Positions 24,937 through 38,657 of a DNA stretch of 64,000 nt are shown here, piece after piece. Each line of letters starts with the position of its first letter. Position 1 is the stretch's first letter. Below the pieces are notes generated by a model that ran no database searches, was not told where the DNA came from, and worked only from the letters and a program-made list of their open reading frames with translations. The translations under genes and the position numbers were made by a program. The stretch spans positions 4,774,001-4,838,000 of the forward strand of contig OZ024747.1 of NCBI GenBank assembly GCA_964016885.1, given 5' to 3'. The stretch comes from Eledone cirrhosa (Eukaryota).

Positions 24937-27330
24937 AATTATTGTTTCTACTTTTGGCACAAGGCCAGCAATCGAACCAGTACATCGACGACGTAAGGAT
25001 GAAAGGCAAAGTTAACCTCGGTGGGATTTGAACTTAGTGCGTAAAAGGATGTAACTCTGTACTGAAAAGCATGGTGTCCGACCCTCTACCGATACTGCCA
25101 ATCCACATAACGACAACAACAACAACAACGTCATCAACAACAACAACCTAGCTACAGACACGGTAGTAAGAATAGCGACAATAACAAGAACGGCAACAAC
25201 AACAACGGCAACAACAACAACAACAACAGCAGCAGCAGCAGCAGCAGCAAAAGCAGCAGCAGCAGCAACAGCAGCAGCAATATCAAACATATGGACAATC
25301 CAATCAGCAGGTAGCAGCAACTACAATAATTGTTTCTATTTTAGCCACAAGGCCAGCAAATACCTAGTATATTACTGGTACTTTATTTTTCGACCCCGTA
25401 AGGATGAAAGGCAAAGTCAACCTCGGCGGGATTTGAACTCAGATCGTAACAATAATATCAACAACAATGGTTTCTGAATTAGGCACAAGGTCAACAATTT
25501 TGAGAGAGAGGTTAAAGTCAATTAACTCAGCGACCTCAGTACGTCACTGGTATTTATTTTATTTTATAGGCCCCGTAAGATTGAAAGGCAAAGCTAACCT
25601 CGGCGGGTTTTAATTTCAGAACGTAAAGAGCTGTAACTCTATGCCACAAAGCATGTTTCCCAACGCTCTACCAATTCTGCAAATCTACTGCCGTTAAAGC
25701 TAACTCCGGCGAGATTTGAACTCAGATCGTAAAGGGTCATAACTCTGTGCCACATAGAATGAACCCCAATACTCTACCGACGCCGCCAATCCACCGTGAT
25801 TATACATTTATTAAAATAATAATTTTTACTATAGGCACGAGGGAGTAGAGGAAAGTCGATTAAATTGACCTAAGTTCATTACTGGTACTTTATTTATCGA
25901 CCCTTGGAAGGATGAAAGGCAAGGCTAACCGCGACTGAATTTGAATTCAGAACGTAAAGGGCCGTATCACTATGCCAAAAAGGATGTTATCTGACGCTCT
26001 TCTGACGCAGGCAAGCCACCACCGTTGAAGCTAACTCCGGAGGGATTTGAACTCAGAACGTAACTATATGGAACGTAACTATATGGAACGTAACTATATG
26101 GAACAAATCATGTTTCCCAACGCTCTGCCAACGCTGCTAATCCAGCACTGTTCTACATTAATTAAAATAATTGTTTCTACTTTTGGCACAAGGCCAGCAA
26201 TTATCCCAGTACATTACTGGTACTTTATTTTATCGACCCCGTAAGGATTTTGGACTCAGACCGTAAAAGGACGTAACTATGCTAGAAAGCATGGCGTCCG
26301 ACCCTCTACCGATACTACCAATCCACCAGCCTAACATGGCGTCCGACCCTCTACCGATACTACCAATCCACCAGCCTAACATGGCGTCCGACCCTCTACC
26401 GATACTACCAATCCACCAGCCTAACATGGCGTCAGACCCTCTACAGATACTGCCAATTCATCGCCCTACATCAATTAAAATAATTCTTAACAATACAGAT
26501 TCTTTAACCTGACCTTTGACTTAATTTAAACTGGTTTTATTTTCAATGTTATATATTTATGGAAGCCTAACTACAACAACCCAAACCATAATCTATTTAA
26601 CAACTACATGATAAATCTCGTTATTATTGATTCTACTGTTTATTAAATTAATTCATTTAATTAATTTTCACCGACTATCGATAACTTGTTAATAGCCATC
26701 ACATACATCTTTCTAATTAAATATCTTAAGTAATTATAACTGAGATTTAAATTACTTTCCACATACCTTATTTAAAACAAACTACAATGAAACCCAATTA
26801 ATTTCTTTTTTATATGAAATCCAAATTTTCTAAACCGAATCTAGTAAATCATTCGTTAGACAACAGCAGAAATGGGGCACTAGGCAAATGTAATGACGAT
26901 AAAAAATATATGACTACATGTAATAATTGTTTCTAATTTTGGCCTAAGGCCAGCAATTATCCAAGTACATTACTGGTACTTTATTCTATCGACCCCGTAA
27001 GGATGAAAGGCAAAGTTAACCTCGGCGGGATTTGAACTCGGAACCTAAAGGGCCGTAACTCTATGCTGCAAAGCATGGCGTCCGACTCGTTACCGATACT
27101 GGCTATCCACCGCCCTGCATGTAATAATGATAATAATAATAATTGATTCTACTTTAGGCACAAGGCCAGCAATTACCCAGTACATTACTGGTACTTTATT
27201 TTATCGACACCGTAAGGATGAAAGGCAAAGTTAACCTCGACGGGATTTGAACTCAGATCGTAAAGGGATGTAACTCTATGCTGGAAAGCATGGCGTCCGA
27301 CCCTCTATCGATACTGCCAATCCACCGCCC
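24937..27330 (-). mobile_element. Cluster of ~9 full or partial copies of the same SINE, all on the minus strand
   Basis: Copies at about 24937-25106, 25325-25449, 25468-25693, 25700-25797, 25818-26023, 26028-26150, 26166-26466, 26922-27115 and 27140-27330. Most have GGATGAAAGGCAAAG..AACCTCGGCGGGATTTGAACTC; the partial copies keep only the GATTTGAACTC head part. Confidence 0.88.
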
Positions 27331-28212
27331 TTGATAATAATAATAATAACAACAAAAAGGAGAAGAAAAAGAAGAAACTAATTGCGTGTATTCTATAAAC
27401 CACACACACATATATATATATATATATATGTGTGTATGTGTGTGTGTGTGAATTAACCTTGTTATCTCTGATCGAGATGAAGCGAGTTGTATTTGAATGC
27501 ATATAATTCATATAAAAATGAGAAAACTCAGTGCTATAACAGCCGTTAAAACAGCCATATGCTGTCAAAGACAGCGATGGGCAAAAATGCCTGAGAGGAC
27601 AGAGTCCAGCGGTCAGTGGTCAGTGGTCGGCAAAAAGACAATTCACGACGTGGGCGACAGGCAGACGAAATATAGGAGCCTGAAAGAGGATAAAGACAAG
27701 GAGCGTTGCACTGCCGCAGAAGTGACTGGAAGAAGGATATAAATATATATATGTTATATATATATGTTATATAAATATGTTATATATATATATATGTTAT
27801 ATATATATGTTATGTAGGTATTTCTATGTACGAAAGTATTTATATATGTATGTGTGTGTGTATATGGATGTATGTAATTCTGTATGAATACATGCATGTA
27901 ATTTAGATGTATATATGTATATATACCTGTTTAGATTCTTGTATATATGTATATATATATGTATATATACCTGTTTAGATTCTTTGTGGTGGAAATCTGA
28001 AATATCCTTCGTGCTTTTTCTGGGTTCTACTAAGCTGTTTATATGCAAAAGGACACGTGCTTCTGTGCACAGTCTCCGACCGATGTCTGGCGATAAGTAT
28101 GCCGAAGTGCCACCATGCGGAAAAGAACACTTATCAGCTTTAGTTTAACTCCCTTTATTCTTACATACTTTTCTGTTATTTAACTTTATAACTGTATATA
28201 GAAATGGATGAA

Positions 28213-28282
28213 AAATAAAAGTTTTGCAGCGTTTTCTATACGTTGTCCTCAACGTATAGAAAACGCTGCAAAACTTTTATTT
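28213..28282. repeat. Perfect 33-bp inverted repeat with 4-nt loop
   Basis: AAATAAAAGTTTTGCAGCGTTTTCTATACGTTG-tcct-CAACGTATAGAAAACGCTGCAAAACTTTTATTT. Confidence 0.92.
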
Positions 28283-28739
28283 GTTACTCATTGAACTACT
28301 AATAAAGACAAGGTGGTACTAAAGAGGATTTTATCTATAAGTAAAAGAAGCAAATTTACGATCCATTATTGTTTGCATTTACAGAATAAACGAAAAATAA
28401 ATAGAAAGTCGTAGATCCCAGTTGAGCCTCGTGAACAAAATGGCGAAATATTTCTTCGGAGAACAACCATCGAAACCCACTGCATCAATCACTCTACTTC
28501 ACGAGAATCCTGCCTCGGGCAGGATGTACTCCTTCCGATTTTGTATAGAAAAACAGTCATTCGAGACCAACCAAGCTCATGGATGTTATCCAACAATCTT
28601 GCTCGGGGTCTAACCTTGTATCTTTTACCAGCTGGTTTTGCCGGTAAAATCTGTCCAGTGAGACATTCTAACCACATGTCCATAGTATCGGAGCTGTGAT
28701 CTCTCAATTCGGAGAAGTAGCGACTCTACATGGAGTCAC

Positions 28740-29400
28740 TCTCTCATCTCCAGGATGTCGAATATGTAAATCATTTGTTCTGTATTTCGCATGACTTTGA
28801 TATATCTCATTTGGAAGGACTGTTGTGGACTTTTAATTTGAGTTCTGCCTCATTCACGTTTATTATGCGGTCGAATGCAAAATATACAGCTATGATTCTA
28901 CACAATAAAAATTGTATATCACAAACATATGCGCAACAAAATCAACAGCATCTGCATAAAGTATAACTGCAATCAAGGTTGTTAACGCCTTAGAGGGAGA
29001 GTCGAATCTTCTCTGATTAGATACGTTTCCTGTTGTTCTAAAGATCAGATAAATATCTATATTGCATTCTTGAAAAGTATACGATGTTTGGCAAACAACA
29101 TTTAAGTTCGAGTAGGAGCCGGGATATCACCCTGTTGAACTCCGTTATTGATAGCAGTTTAGTCTGAAGTTCGTCTCTCCGTTCGATGAGACTAAAGCTT
29201 TCATGCTATGATATAAATCTGTGAATATAGCTACAAAATAATTCTGTTGCTCAAAATGTTTAGAAATACCTCTTTATTAACGATATCAAAGTCCTTGGTT
29301 AAATAAACATAGACATGATATAACAGATCTTACTAAATGGTTCTCTATTCTTGAAATTGTCATACAGAGAACATCATGTCCACGGTAACCTTTCATGATC
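28740..29400 (-). pseudogene. Old, degraded RTE-clade reverse transcriptase fragment
   Basis: Minus-strand peptides TVDMMFSV*QFQE, YLTKDFDIVNK, NNGVQQGDIPAPT and ILYADAVDFVAH align with the young RTE (TTDMIFSVRQLQE, DLTKAFDTVNR, NAVKQGDIPAPT, LLYADDCDLVAH). Confidence 0.8.
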
Positions 29401-29643
29401 TACAATTGTGCCACGGGTATCACTGAGGAGCAGATATACATACATACATTCATTTGTACTAAGACACACAAATATATGTATGTATATATATATATATACA
29501 CACACACATGAGAATGTGTGTGTGTGTGTGTGTATGTATGCATATTTATGAAGAAAGGCACAGCCATACACTCACACACACACATATATGTTTTGATTAC
29601 ATGACATGGTCTAAACTGGTAACTCCCAATCTCTCTCTCTCTC

Positions 29644-29750
<107 letters not shown>

Positions 29751-30260
29751 ATACACGTATACGGTTAAAGTAAAGTTATGGAGGTGGTATGATATGATGA
29801 GAAATGCTTAGCAGAATTTTGTCCTTGTAAGCTTCATCAGACATTTAGAAGTTTGGCGTCAGTATAGTGGTGGTAGTAGTGGTGGTGGTGGTATTAGTGG
29901 TGGTGGTATTAGTGGTGGTGGTGGTATTAGTGGTGGTGGTGGCATAAGTGGTGAGGGTTGTAATAGTGATGGTGGTGGTGATGGTGCTAGTGGTGGGTGG
30001 TGGAGTTGGTAATAGTGGTGGTAGAGGTCGTAGTGATGGGCATGGTATTGGTGGTGATGGTGGTGGTGATGGTGTTAGTGGTGGGTGGTGGTGGTAGTGA
30101 GGATAATACTGATGGTAATGGCGATCATTGTTAGGTGGCTGTAAAGTCTGCAGAGAGTAATGTTAGAGAGAAGTGATACAAACATAAATATATATTATAT
30201 AGTGAAAGACAGTGATATTGATATATATATATATACATATATATATATACATATACATAC

Positions 30261-30339
<79 letters not shown>

Positions 30340-30969
30340 CTTAGAGAGAGGTGGGGAGTAAGCAGTTCTTCTGTATGGACCAATCATCTTGGGAATATTT
30401 GTAAAAGTATGAAATAAATGCAACGCTGAACAAAAGCCATTCCATTCAGTTGGAAACCATTTCCAGCAACAAGAATTTCTAATGAATCCTCCACCACTAT
30501 CACCACTACTACACCATCAGCACCACCACCTCCACACCACCACACCATCACCACCACCACCACTACTACGCTATCATCACCAATACTACTACTACGCCAT
30601 CCCTCCCCCATCCACGCAACCACAACACCACCACCAACACCACCACCACACCTACACCTCCATCACCACCAACACCATCACCACCACCATCAACACCACC
30701 AACACCACCACCATCATCATCACTAATTCTCTCTTTTCCAATGTTTTAATCTCTCTTTATCTGTCAGTGTCTCGCGTTTCCTTTTCTCTTTAAATGCACT
30801 CTCACACACACACACATATATACATGCTTAGGTGTGTGTGTATACATATATATGTGTGTGTGTGTGTGTGTGTATACATACCTATATACATATATATATA
30901 TATGTCTCTGTTTTCAACTCTTCTTTTCACTCTCGCGTTCTCTATCTCACTCTCACATACATAGAATTG

Positions 30970-31036
<67 letters not shown>

Positions 31037-31226
31037 TATCCACACATTGCATACTTTTGTCTCTATCCTCTAATCTTTCTATTAATCCTATTCTCTCATT
31101 CCCCCGGACTCTCTTTTCCTCCACCTTTCTTTCCTTTATATTTATCACCTCTATCTATCAATCTATCTATCTATCTACCCCCCCTCTCTCTCTATCTATC
31201 TATCTATCTGCCTACCTACCTATCTG

Positions 31227-33005
31227 TCTAAGGCATTCCATAGGGTCGACCATCGATACTTGGAAGCGGTTCTCAAGGCGGCCGGTTTCGGTCCTGTTTT
31301 CAGAGGCTGGATCAAGGCGATGCACACCAGCATCTGCTCGAAGGTCAAGGTGAACGGCTACATATCGGAGCCGTTCGCAATCACGCGTTCTATTCGACAG
31401 GGGTGCCCTATCTCCTCCATTCTGTACGTATTGACTCTAGAGCCACTACTGCGGAAGTTGGAGCTTTTGCAGGGCATCCCTTTAGAACTGGGACTGCGAA
31501 AAGCGACGTGACGGTAATGGTGTCGAAAACCTCGGAAATCGAGGTAATCGGCAACCTACTACAGGAATACGAAAGGTTCACAGGAGCAAAACTGAACCCG
31601 GACAAGTCTGTCGGTTTGCAACTCGGAACGTGGAGGGACAAACCGATGCCGTCCGACAACGTCGTCGGACGCTGGACAGAAGGACCGGTGAAATTGCTCG
31701 AGGTCTGGTTCGGTCCAGACCTCCAGGTGGAGAAAAACTGGAACTATGTCATGGCCAAGGTATTTGCGCTCACCCAGAAGTGGGCAGAGTGCAAACTGTC
31801 TTTGAAAGGTCGAGCGGAGGTGGCGAACACTTTCATAGCGTCCGTCAACTACTACCGCTTGACTGTTGTGCCTTGTCCCCGTGAACACCTCGCCAAGATG
31901 GAACGCATGCTCTTCCAGTTTCTGTGGAAGAAGCAGGCTCCACTGGTGAGGAGATCCGTCTGCTGTCAACACCCTTCCAATGGAGGGCTGGACATGCCGT
32001 AGTTAATGATGCGCAAACATGCGCCGAGGCTACGACATCTCCAGGTATTCCTCACCGACCAACTGGTGTGGGCACCGTTTGTGAGACAGGCCTTCCCATA
32101 ACTTATCTCGCTGGCGGAGCTGCAGTCGTGGGTCAAGCGAAGACCGAAGTCCTCTGTCAAGCGGGCACAACAATTAGTGGAGACTCCACTTCGACATTCT
32201 ATAGAGTGTTAGTCTGTTCAGTAGGATTTTCCGCCCGGGACCTATGGACAACTTCCAGAGGTCCCTGACCTGGAAGTGCTACCGAAGAGCTCTACCCGTT
32301 CGAGACAAGATCTACACGAACGGACGCCCCGGCAGGGATCCTTCCAAGAGGACGTGTCCAAGATGCGAGCAGGACATTGAAACCGTCTTGCACGCAATTG
32401 TACACTGCCCGGGCGTAACCGACCTGTGGAACTATGCAGAACAACTGCTGTCGCGTATGGGACAAATCCAGTTGATTGCCGAGTCTATAGTAAGGATCAA
32501 ACCGCCAGACTCTTTCAAAAACGAAAGAGAGGTGGTTTTCCTCTGTACGGTGGCTATGGTGAAAGAGATTATATGGTGGACGAGATTGAGAGGACTGAGG
32601 ACAGATCCTTTTCTCTTCGGACAACAATTGATTCCCTTCTTTAATTATCACTTTAGAAGGAGAATCAGAGTGGAGAGAGAGGCACTGCACCCCAGTAAAT
32701 TTACTGAAAGGTGGGTGAATGAAGCGAAAATGGCCCGAGTGATTGGGCCTTCTCTGCTTATAACCCTGTAGGTTAAAGAAGAGAGCAAAAGGAAGAAGAG
32801 AGCACTTGCACAACACGCTCCTGGAGTTGAGGGTTGTTCTATCGGCGGGGTATTAAACAACGCATTTGTTGAGCCTCCCCCCTATTGGGGACTTCGATTG
32901 TTATGATTGTTTGTTTCAATACTTTTACACGACTGTATGTAAAATCCCCGGCATGTGTCTTTGTATTGTTCCCTTTTCTTGTGCGCCCTTGTGGCAAATA
33001 AAGAA

Positions 33006-33006
<1 letters not shown>
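31227..33006 (+). mobile_element. Second L1/Tx1-clade LINE copy, 5'-truncated and disrupted, in (TATC)n
   Basis: Colinear with 6370-8043 (AGFGPVFRGWI, RQGCP, GLQLGTW, WFGPDLQVEKNW, CPRC), with stops and internal deletions. Ends GCCCTTGTGGCAAATAAAGAAA followed by (TCTA)n. Confidence 0.92.
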
Positions 33007-33065
<59 letters not shown>

Positions 33066-33705
33066 CTATCGACCATTCTCTTCGATTCTATATCCCTGTC
33101 TATCTCTTATCTTTCATTGTTATTGCATTACGCTCTATTCCCCCCCCCTCTCTTTCACTCCCTCTCTCTGTCTCACTCCCCCTCACTTTCACTCCCTCTC
33201 TCTCTCTCTCCCCTTAAATCTCATTGTCTCACTTTTCACCCTGTCCCGCCCTCTGCATGTGTCCGCATGTATCAGTGTTTGTGTTTGTGTGTAATTGTAA
33301 ATTTGCATGAGATACATGCTTATACAAATACACACACACCTCGCACCTACACACACACACACATATACCCCCTCCCCCATCTACACACACACATATTGCT
33401 CCACCCCCACATACTAACACTCACGCACACAGACATTCACACACATATATTGACACTCACACACTCACACACACAAACAAAATCATATACTGACACTTAC
33501 GCACACAGATATTCACGCACACATATTGATACACTCACATACACATACTCACATATACACAAACATTACGAGTGTATGTATACGGTCCAGTGTATGTATA
33601 TTCGTATGTATGTATGCATATATATGCATGTATAAATGTATATACGCTTATATGTAAGCATGTTGCCATATATGAATGCATGTAATCTTACATATATTAT
33701 ATATA

Positions 33706-33759
<54 letters not shown>

Positions 33760-33860
33760 TTATAATACAAACATACACAATACCTACATACATGCATAAT
33801 ACATAAATATATAGTAACATACCAACATACATATAAACATACACATACATACGTATAAAC

Positions 33861-33910
<50 letters not shown>

Positions 33911-33969
33911 GTATAAATATGTACATACATAAAAAATTACATCTACATTCGCTAGCAAGAACATTATTA

Positions 33970-34270
33970 TCATTATATCATTACTACTGCTGTTGTCATC
34001 ATCATCATCATCATCATCATCAGTTTTATCATCATCATCATCGTCATCATCATCAGTTTTATCATCATCATCATTATCACCATCATCACCACCATCACCA
34101 TCACCATCACCATCACCATCACCATCACCACCATCACCATCATCATCACCATCATCACCTTCACCATCATCATAATCAGTACCATCACCATCTCCACCAT
34201 CACCATCATCCCCACCATCATCACCATCGTCATCACCATCCCCATCATCACCATCACCAGTACCACCAAG
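33970..34270. repeat. (CAT/CAC)n repeat
   Basis: Direct. Confidence 0.88.
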
Positions 34271-34324
34271 TACTACCAATGTGTCATGTCACACTATTCA
34301 TCATTATTCATATTCTAAATGGAA

Positions 34325-34514
34325 TGGCAGTGGATTGGCAGTATCAGTAGAGGGTCGGACGCCATGCTTTCCAGCATAGTTACGTCCCTTTACGGTCTGA
34401 GTTCAAATCCCGCCGAGGTTAACTTTGCCTTTCACCCTTACGGGGTCGATAAAATAAAGTACCAGTAATGTACTGGGTAATTGCTGGCCTTGTGCCTAAA
34501 GTAGAAACAATTAT
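34325..34514 (+). mobile_element. tRNA-derived SINE, full-length copy
   Basis: GGCAGTGGATTGGCAGTATCAGTAGAG...GAGTTCAAATCCC...GGGGTCGATAAAATAAAGTACCAG...AGTAGAAACAATTATT. Confidence 0.88.
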
Positions 34515-34969
34515 TCATATTCTAAATCTTTTCCAATGAAGCTTGATGACAGCCATTTTGTTATTTCGTGTTATCCAACGAGACAACCTCAATATTGTCT
34601 CTCAACCAGCTAGAAACAGAAGCCACTCTCACCTCAAATAACACATTACGTTATAATATGTTACATTGAAACTTCCTGCTCAATATAAATAATTTGCATA
34701 TTACGCCAATAACAAATAGATGATGGTGTTATTACATAAATATAACACTCGGTATCAAATTCACGTAAAAGAACAGAGAGCCTGAACAGGTTGCCTGCTA
34801 AATGGCAGTAAATATATACAACCTGATCCATCTTATCTACTTATCTAGTCTTCTGTTGAAAAGCTGGCTCAAGCAGACCATAATATAACTTTAGTGTTGA
34901 TACAGGTGTAATGTTTGAAACCTAAGGTAGCGATCAACTGAGTCGAGCAAATAAATATAAATATGAATA

Positions 34970-35042
<73 letters not shown>

Positions 35043-35047
35043 ATATA

Positions 35048-35224
35048 TAACGAAGGAAATGTGGTAAGGAACCAGGTGGACCATAACGCACCAAAGTACT
35101 CAATACTTAGGGTAGTAGAGTGGGTAATAGGAACGAGTAGGACCCCGACGGCTGACCTCAAGCCGTCCAGAATTAGCCGTCGAAACGGCTTGAGCTCAGC
35201 CGTCGGGGTCCTACTCGTTCCTAT
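35048..35224 (-). mobile_element. Fold-back mini-element family A, copy 2
   Basis: 40-bp arms 35127-35166 and 35185-35224 (1 mismatch), GAAACGGCTTGAGCTCAGCCGTC at 35182-35204, tail GTACTCAATAC at 35096-35106, in (AT)n. Confidence 0.75.
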
Positions 35225-35227
35225 ATT

Positions 35228-35282
<55 letters not shown>

Positions 35283-35284
<2 letters not shown>

Positions 35285-35348
35285 CTGATGAACGATTTCA
35301 AACGTCTGTGTCGAGCTCATCTGCCTTCGTGAAACCTTTGGTAAATGG
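35283..35348 (+). ncRNA. Hammerhead ribozyme core (type I, stem I truncated)
   Basis: CTGATGA (35285-91), ACGA...TCGT (stem II base), GAA, ACC-TTT-GGT (stem III), then A, giving a GUA cleavage triplet at 35341-43. Only 2 bp of stem I remain next to the upstream (TG)n. Confidence 0.55.
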
Positions 35349-35375
35349 AATTATTGTCTTATGTTGTTTATTGCA

Positions 35376-35450
<75 letters not shown>

Positions 35451-35584
35451 AGCGACCCCTACCCTGAAAGGTAGACCACATTGAATATATATATATGTAT
35501 ATATTTATATTTGTGTGTGTGTGTGTATGTATTGGTAGAGGTGGATTCCCGATGTATATAAGGAGGTGGCAACAATTAAAACAG

Positions 35585-35740
35585 TTACTCTTTACGTTAG
35601 TAGAGTATAGGTATATTTATTTTATCATAAAAATAACATCAACAAGACGAGAACTGTTTCATTCGTGAGAAATCATCTAGACTTTACTAATGTTTTTTTC
35701 ACGAATGAAACAGTTCTAATCCTGTGGAAGCCATTTCTAT
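35585..35740 (-). mobile_element. Fold-back mini-element family B, degraded copy
   Basis: AGAACTGTTTCATTCGTGAGAAA...TTTTTTCACGAATGAAACAGTTCT inverted pair. Homologous to 57099-57204. Confidence 0.6.
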
Positions 35741-36010
35741 AATATATATCATCAATATTTGTATGACTACTTTTCCATGCTTACCTAGGTTGGCAGGATC
35801 CAAGGTGGGATAGGTGATATATCTTTAACAGGTGCATGTATGTTAATCTATCTGAAACATGGGAACATTATTTCTGATATAATACATTTATATAAACCTA
35901 TTATATAATAAATTTATATAAACCTGCCGTGATTCTTAAGAAACTGGCAAGAGACTCAATTATTTCTTGGACAACGTCAGATATCAAGTCAATTATATAT
36001 ACATTTATGT

Positions 36011-36057
<47 letters not shown>

Positions 36058-36522
36058 TGTGTATGTGTGTGTGTTTGTATATCCCTATTCCTATATATAT
36101 ATATATACATTGATCATTGATATTATGGAACCACTTGCGTAACAAAATAACGGATGTAAAGAGAAACCAATCTTACTGCCACAGTAAAAAATAGCTTCAG
36201 TAAACACCGTAAAATTCTGCCGAAAGGGAATAAAAATACGGAGATCCGTACTTTGAATTAAATCAAAACTGTACGAAGATATAAGCGAACAGCAGCTTAC
36301 AAACGAACCGGTACCCAATGGATATGATAATATTGTAAATAAAGGGCCGGGGTTTGTCCATCAAGTGGCATAAATAAAAGTGGAAAGTCTTAAATGGACA
36401 CAAGAGTGATAATTGACTGTAACACTCTAAACTAAAAACAAAATACAACAGTATATTTGTATAGAGTATGAGAAGAAAAAACGTAGAGCTTGATTTAAAG
36501 CTCGATCCCCAACAGTCTGGTG

Positions 36523-36592
<70 letters not shown>

Positions 36593-37059
36593 CAAAGAGA
36601 AACAAATATCAGAAATTGAAATAGAATCATCTAAAAGAACAAATACACCAAGGAAACAAATAAAGAACACAAAACAGTTATGAAAAATAGAAATTTTAAG
36701 AATGTACATCATGAATATTGAACCAACATGTCCAAAACATGAAATAATTCAAGAAACACAACAAACGCAACCGTACCACACTTCCAGAATATTGACCAAC
36801 AAAAGTCAATCCAGAGAATATAAAAAAATACAAATGAAAAGGAATATGTAGGATATTCAGGAAAAGGAAACTCTAAAGATGGAACTCAGGACTACAAAGA
36901 ATAAAGACGGAAATAATCCGAGAACTCAAATAATAGATCTCTTTATGGAGCAAAGAATATACCTTCTAAAGGATAAAAAAAACACACGATAAAACAGCAA
37001 CAACGATAAAAAATACGTTAACCTATCCATTAGAGAATTAATCAACACAAACAGAAACA

Positions 37060-37179
37060 TCTGAGTTCAAATCCCGCCGAGGTTGACTTTGCCTTTCATC
37101 CTTACGGGGTCGATAAAATAAAGTACCAGTAATGCACTGGGTAATTGCTGGCCTTGTGCCTAAAGTAGAAACAATTATT
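37060..37179 (+). mobile_element. tRNA-derived SINE, 5'-truncated
   Basis: Runs from the B box GAGTTCAAATCCC to the tail AGTAGAAACAATTATT. Confidence 0.85.
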
Positions 37180-37802
37180 ATCACAATATTAAATGACATA
37201 ATATACGTAGCAAGCATTTTAGTTATGAAAGAAATTGGTTACCTCCCTTTAGATCAACAAAAACGAGGATAACTAAACACATACAAACAGGGAAATACAA
37301 TAAAGATAAAAAAATAATAAAAATAATAATTCTCTATCTTAAATGAAATGGGAATAAATAACATAACTAGAACAAGGAAAGGAAAAAAATGTTAAAAAGC
37401 AAGGACTATTTTGGAAAAGGAAGAAAGGGGGAAGGGGAGAGGATGACTGATTTTACACCTAGGTCGGAGTGGTGTTTCAGTTACGCCCCACGAACAAAAT
37501 GGCGAAGACATTTCCGTGGCCAATGGTAAGCAAGACTCACTGCAACCTCCACTCCACCTCGCGGTGCCCTGTCCTCAGACTAGCTGTTGTTGTTCCGATT
37601 TTACGAAGGGAGTCAGCTGTTCTTTTAAAAATGTAACAGAAACAGGAATTAAATAAACGAAGGAACACTTAAAGCAAGAGATATTGGCTAAAACAAGAAC
37701 AATCCACAGATAAGAAACACTCCAAGAATACTTGAATAAAAGCAGGAGGCTGATGAGACCAGGGCTTATCCTGGTTTCTGTGGCATGAAGCGACAGGATG
37801 GT

Positions 37803-37945
37803 TCAAGGTCAGCAATTATCCAGTACATTACTGGTACTTTATTTTATCGACCCCGTAAGGATGAAAGGCAAAGTTAACCTCGGCGGGATCTGAACTCAGT
37901 CCTTAAATGGACGTAATTCTATGGTGGAAAGCATGGCATCCGACT
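37803..37945 (-). mobile_element. tRNA-derived SINE, partial
   Basis: CTGGTACTTTATTTTATCGACCCCGTAAGGATGAAAGGC core. Confidence 0.82.
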
Positions 37946-38189
37946 CTGTCTCATTTCGTTCCTGTTTCTACTTCCGGTTTGGTTATTCTGTATGTTCAGA
38001 TGTCACTTCAATCCACCGGATTTGTAAATGTTCTGACAATATGGCACTGGCACTGATTGAATGATCAACGTGGACTTTAACATCATGTGCTCGTTGGTGT
38101 GACTTCAAGCCAGCGTTCAAAAGGCCCACCTTAGGGCACACAGCGCATTTGAAAACCAGCTCTGTATAAGATTCATCATTATTCTTCCG

Positions 38190-38258
<69 letters not shown>

Positions 38259-38331
38259 CACTCCACTCTCAAGAGCGTGAAATTAATAAACCTTTGTTCG
38301 TACTGCCCCTGTTTTGTTCCCGTTCAATTTT

Positions 38332-38386
<55 letters not shown>

Positions 38387-38545
38387 GTATGTGTGTGTAC
38401 AGACGCAGATATATATTTCAATTTTTATTTTTTTCTAAAATGTATTTATTTTTTTCAAAATAAAATATGGACAAAACAAAAAATTCAAAATATTGGAACC
38501 TGGCTTCTAATAATCAATAGAAATGTCTTTTGTCACTACCAGTCT

Positions 38546-38657
<112 letters not shown>

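Noticed and set aside
28420-28720. AAAATGGCG (YY1-like) motif region
   Set aside because: Resembles 37480-37620 and 43160-43250, so it is part of dispersed repeats rather than a demonstrable promoter.
36100-37420. A-rich region with hints of retroelement peptides (KYVNLSIREL; ILNDIIYVAS)
   Set aside because: Too degraded to assign a family by eye.
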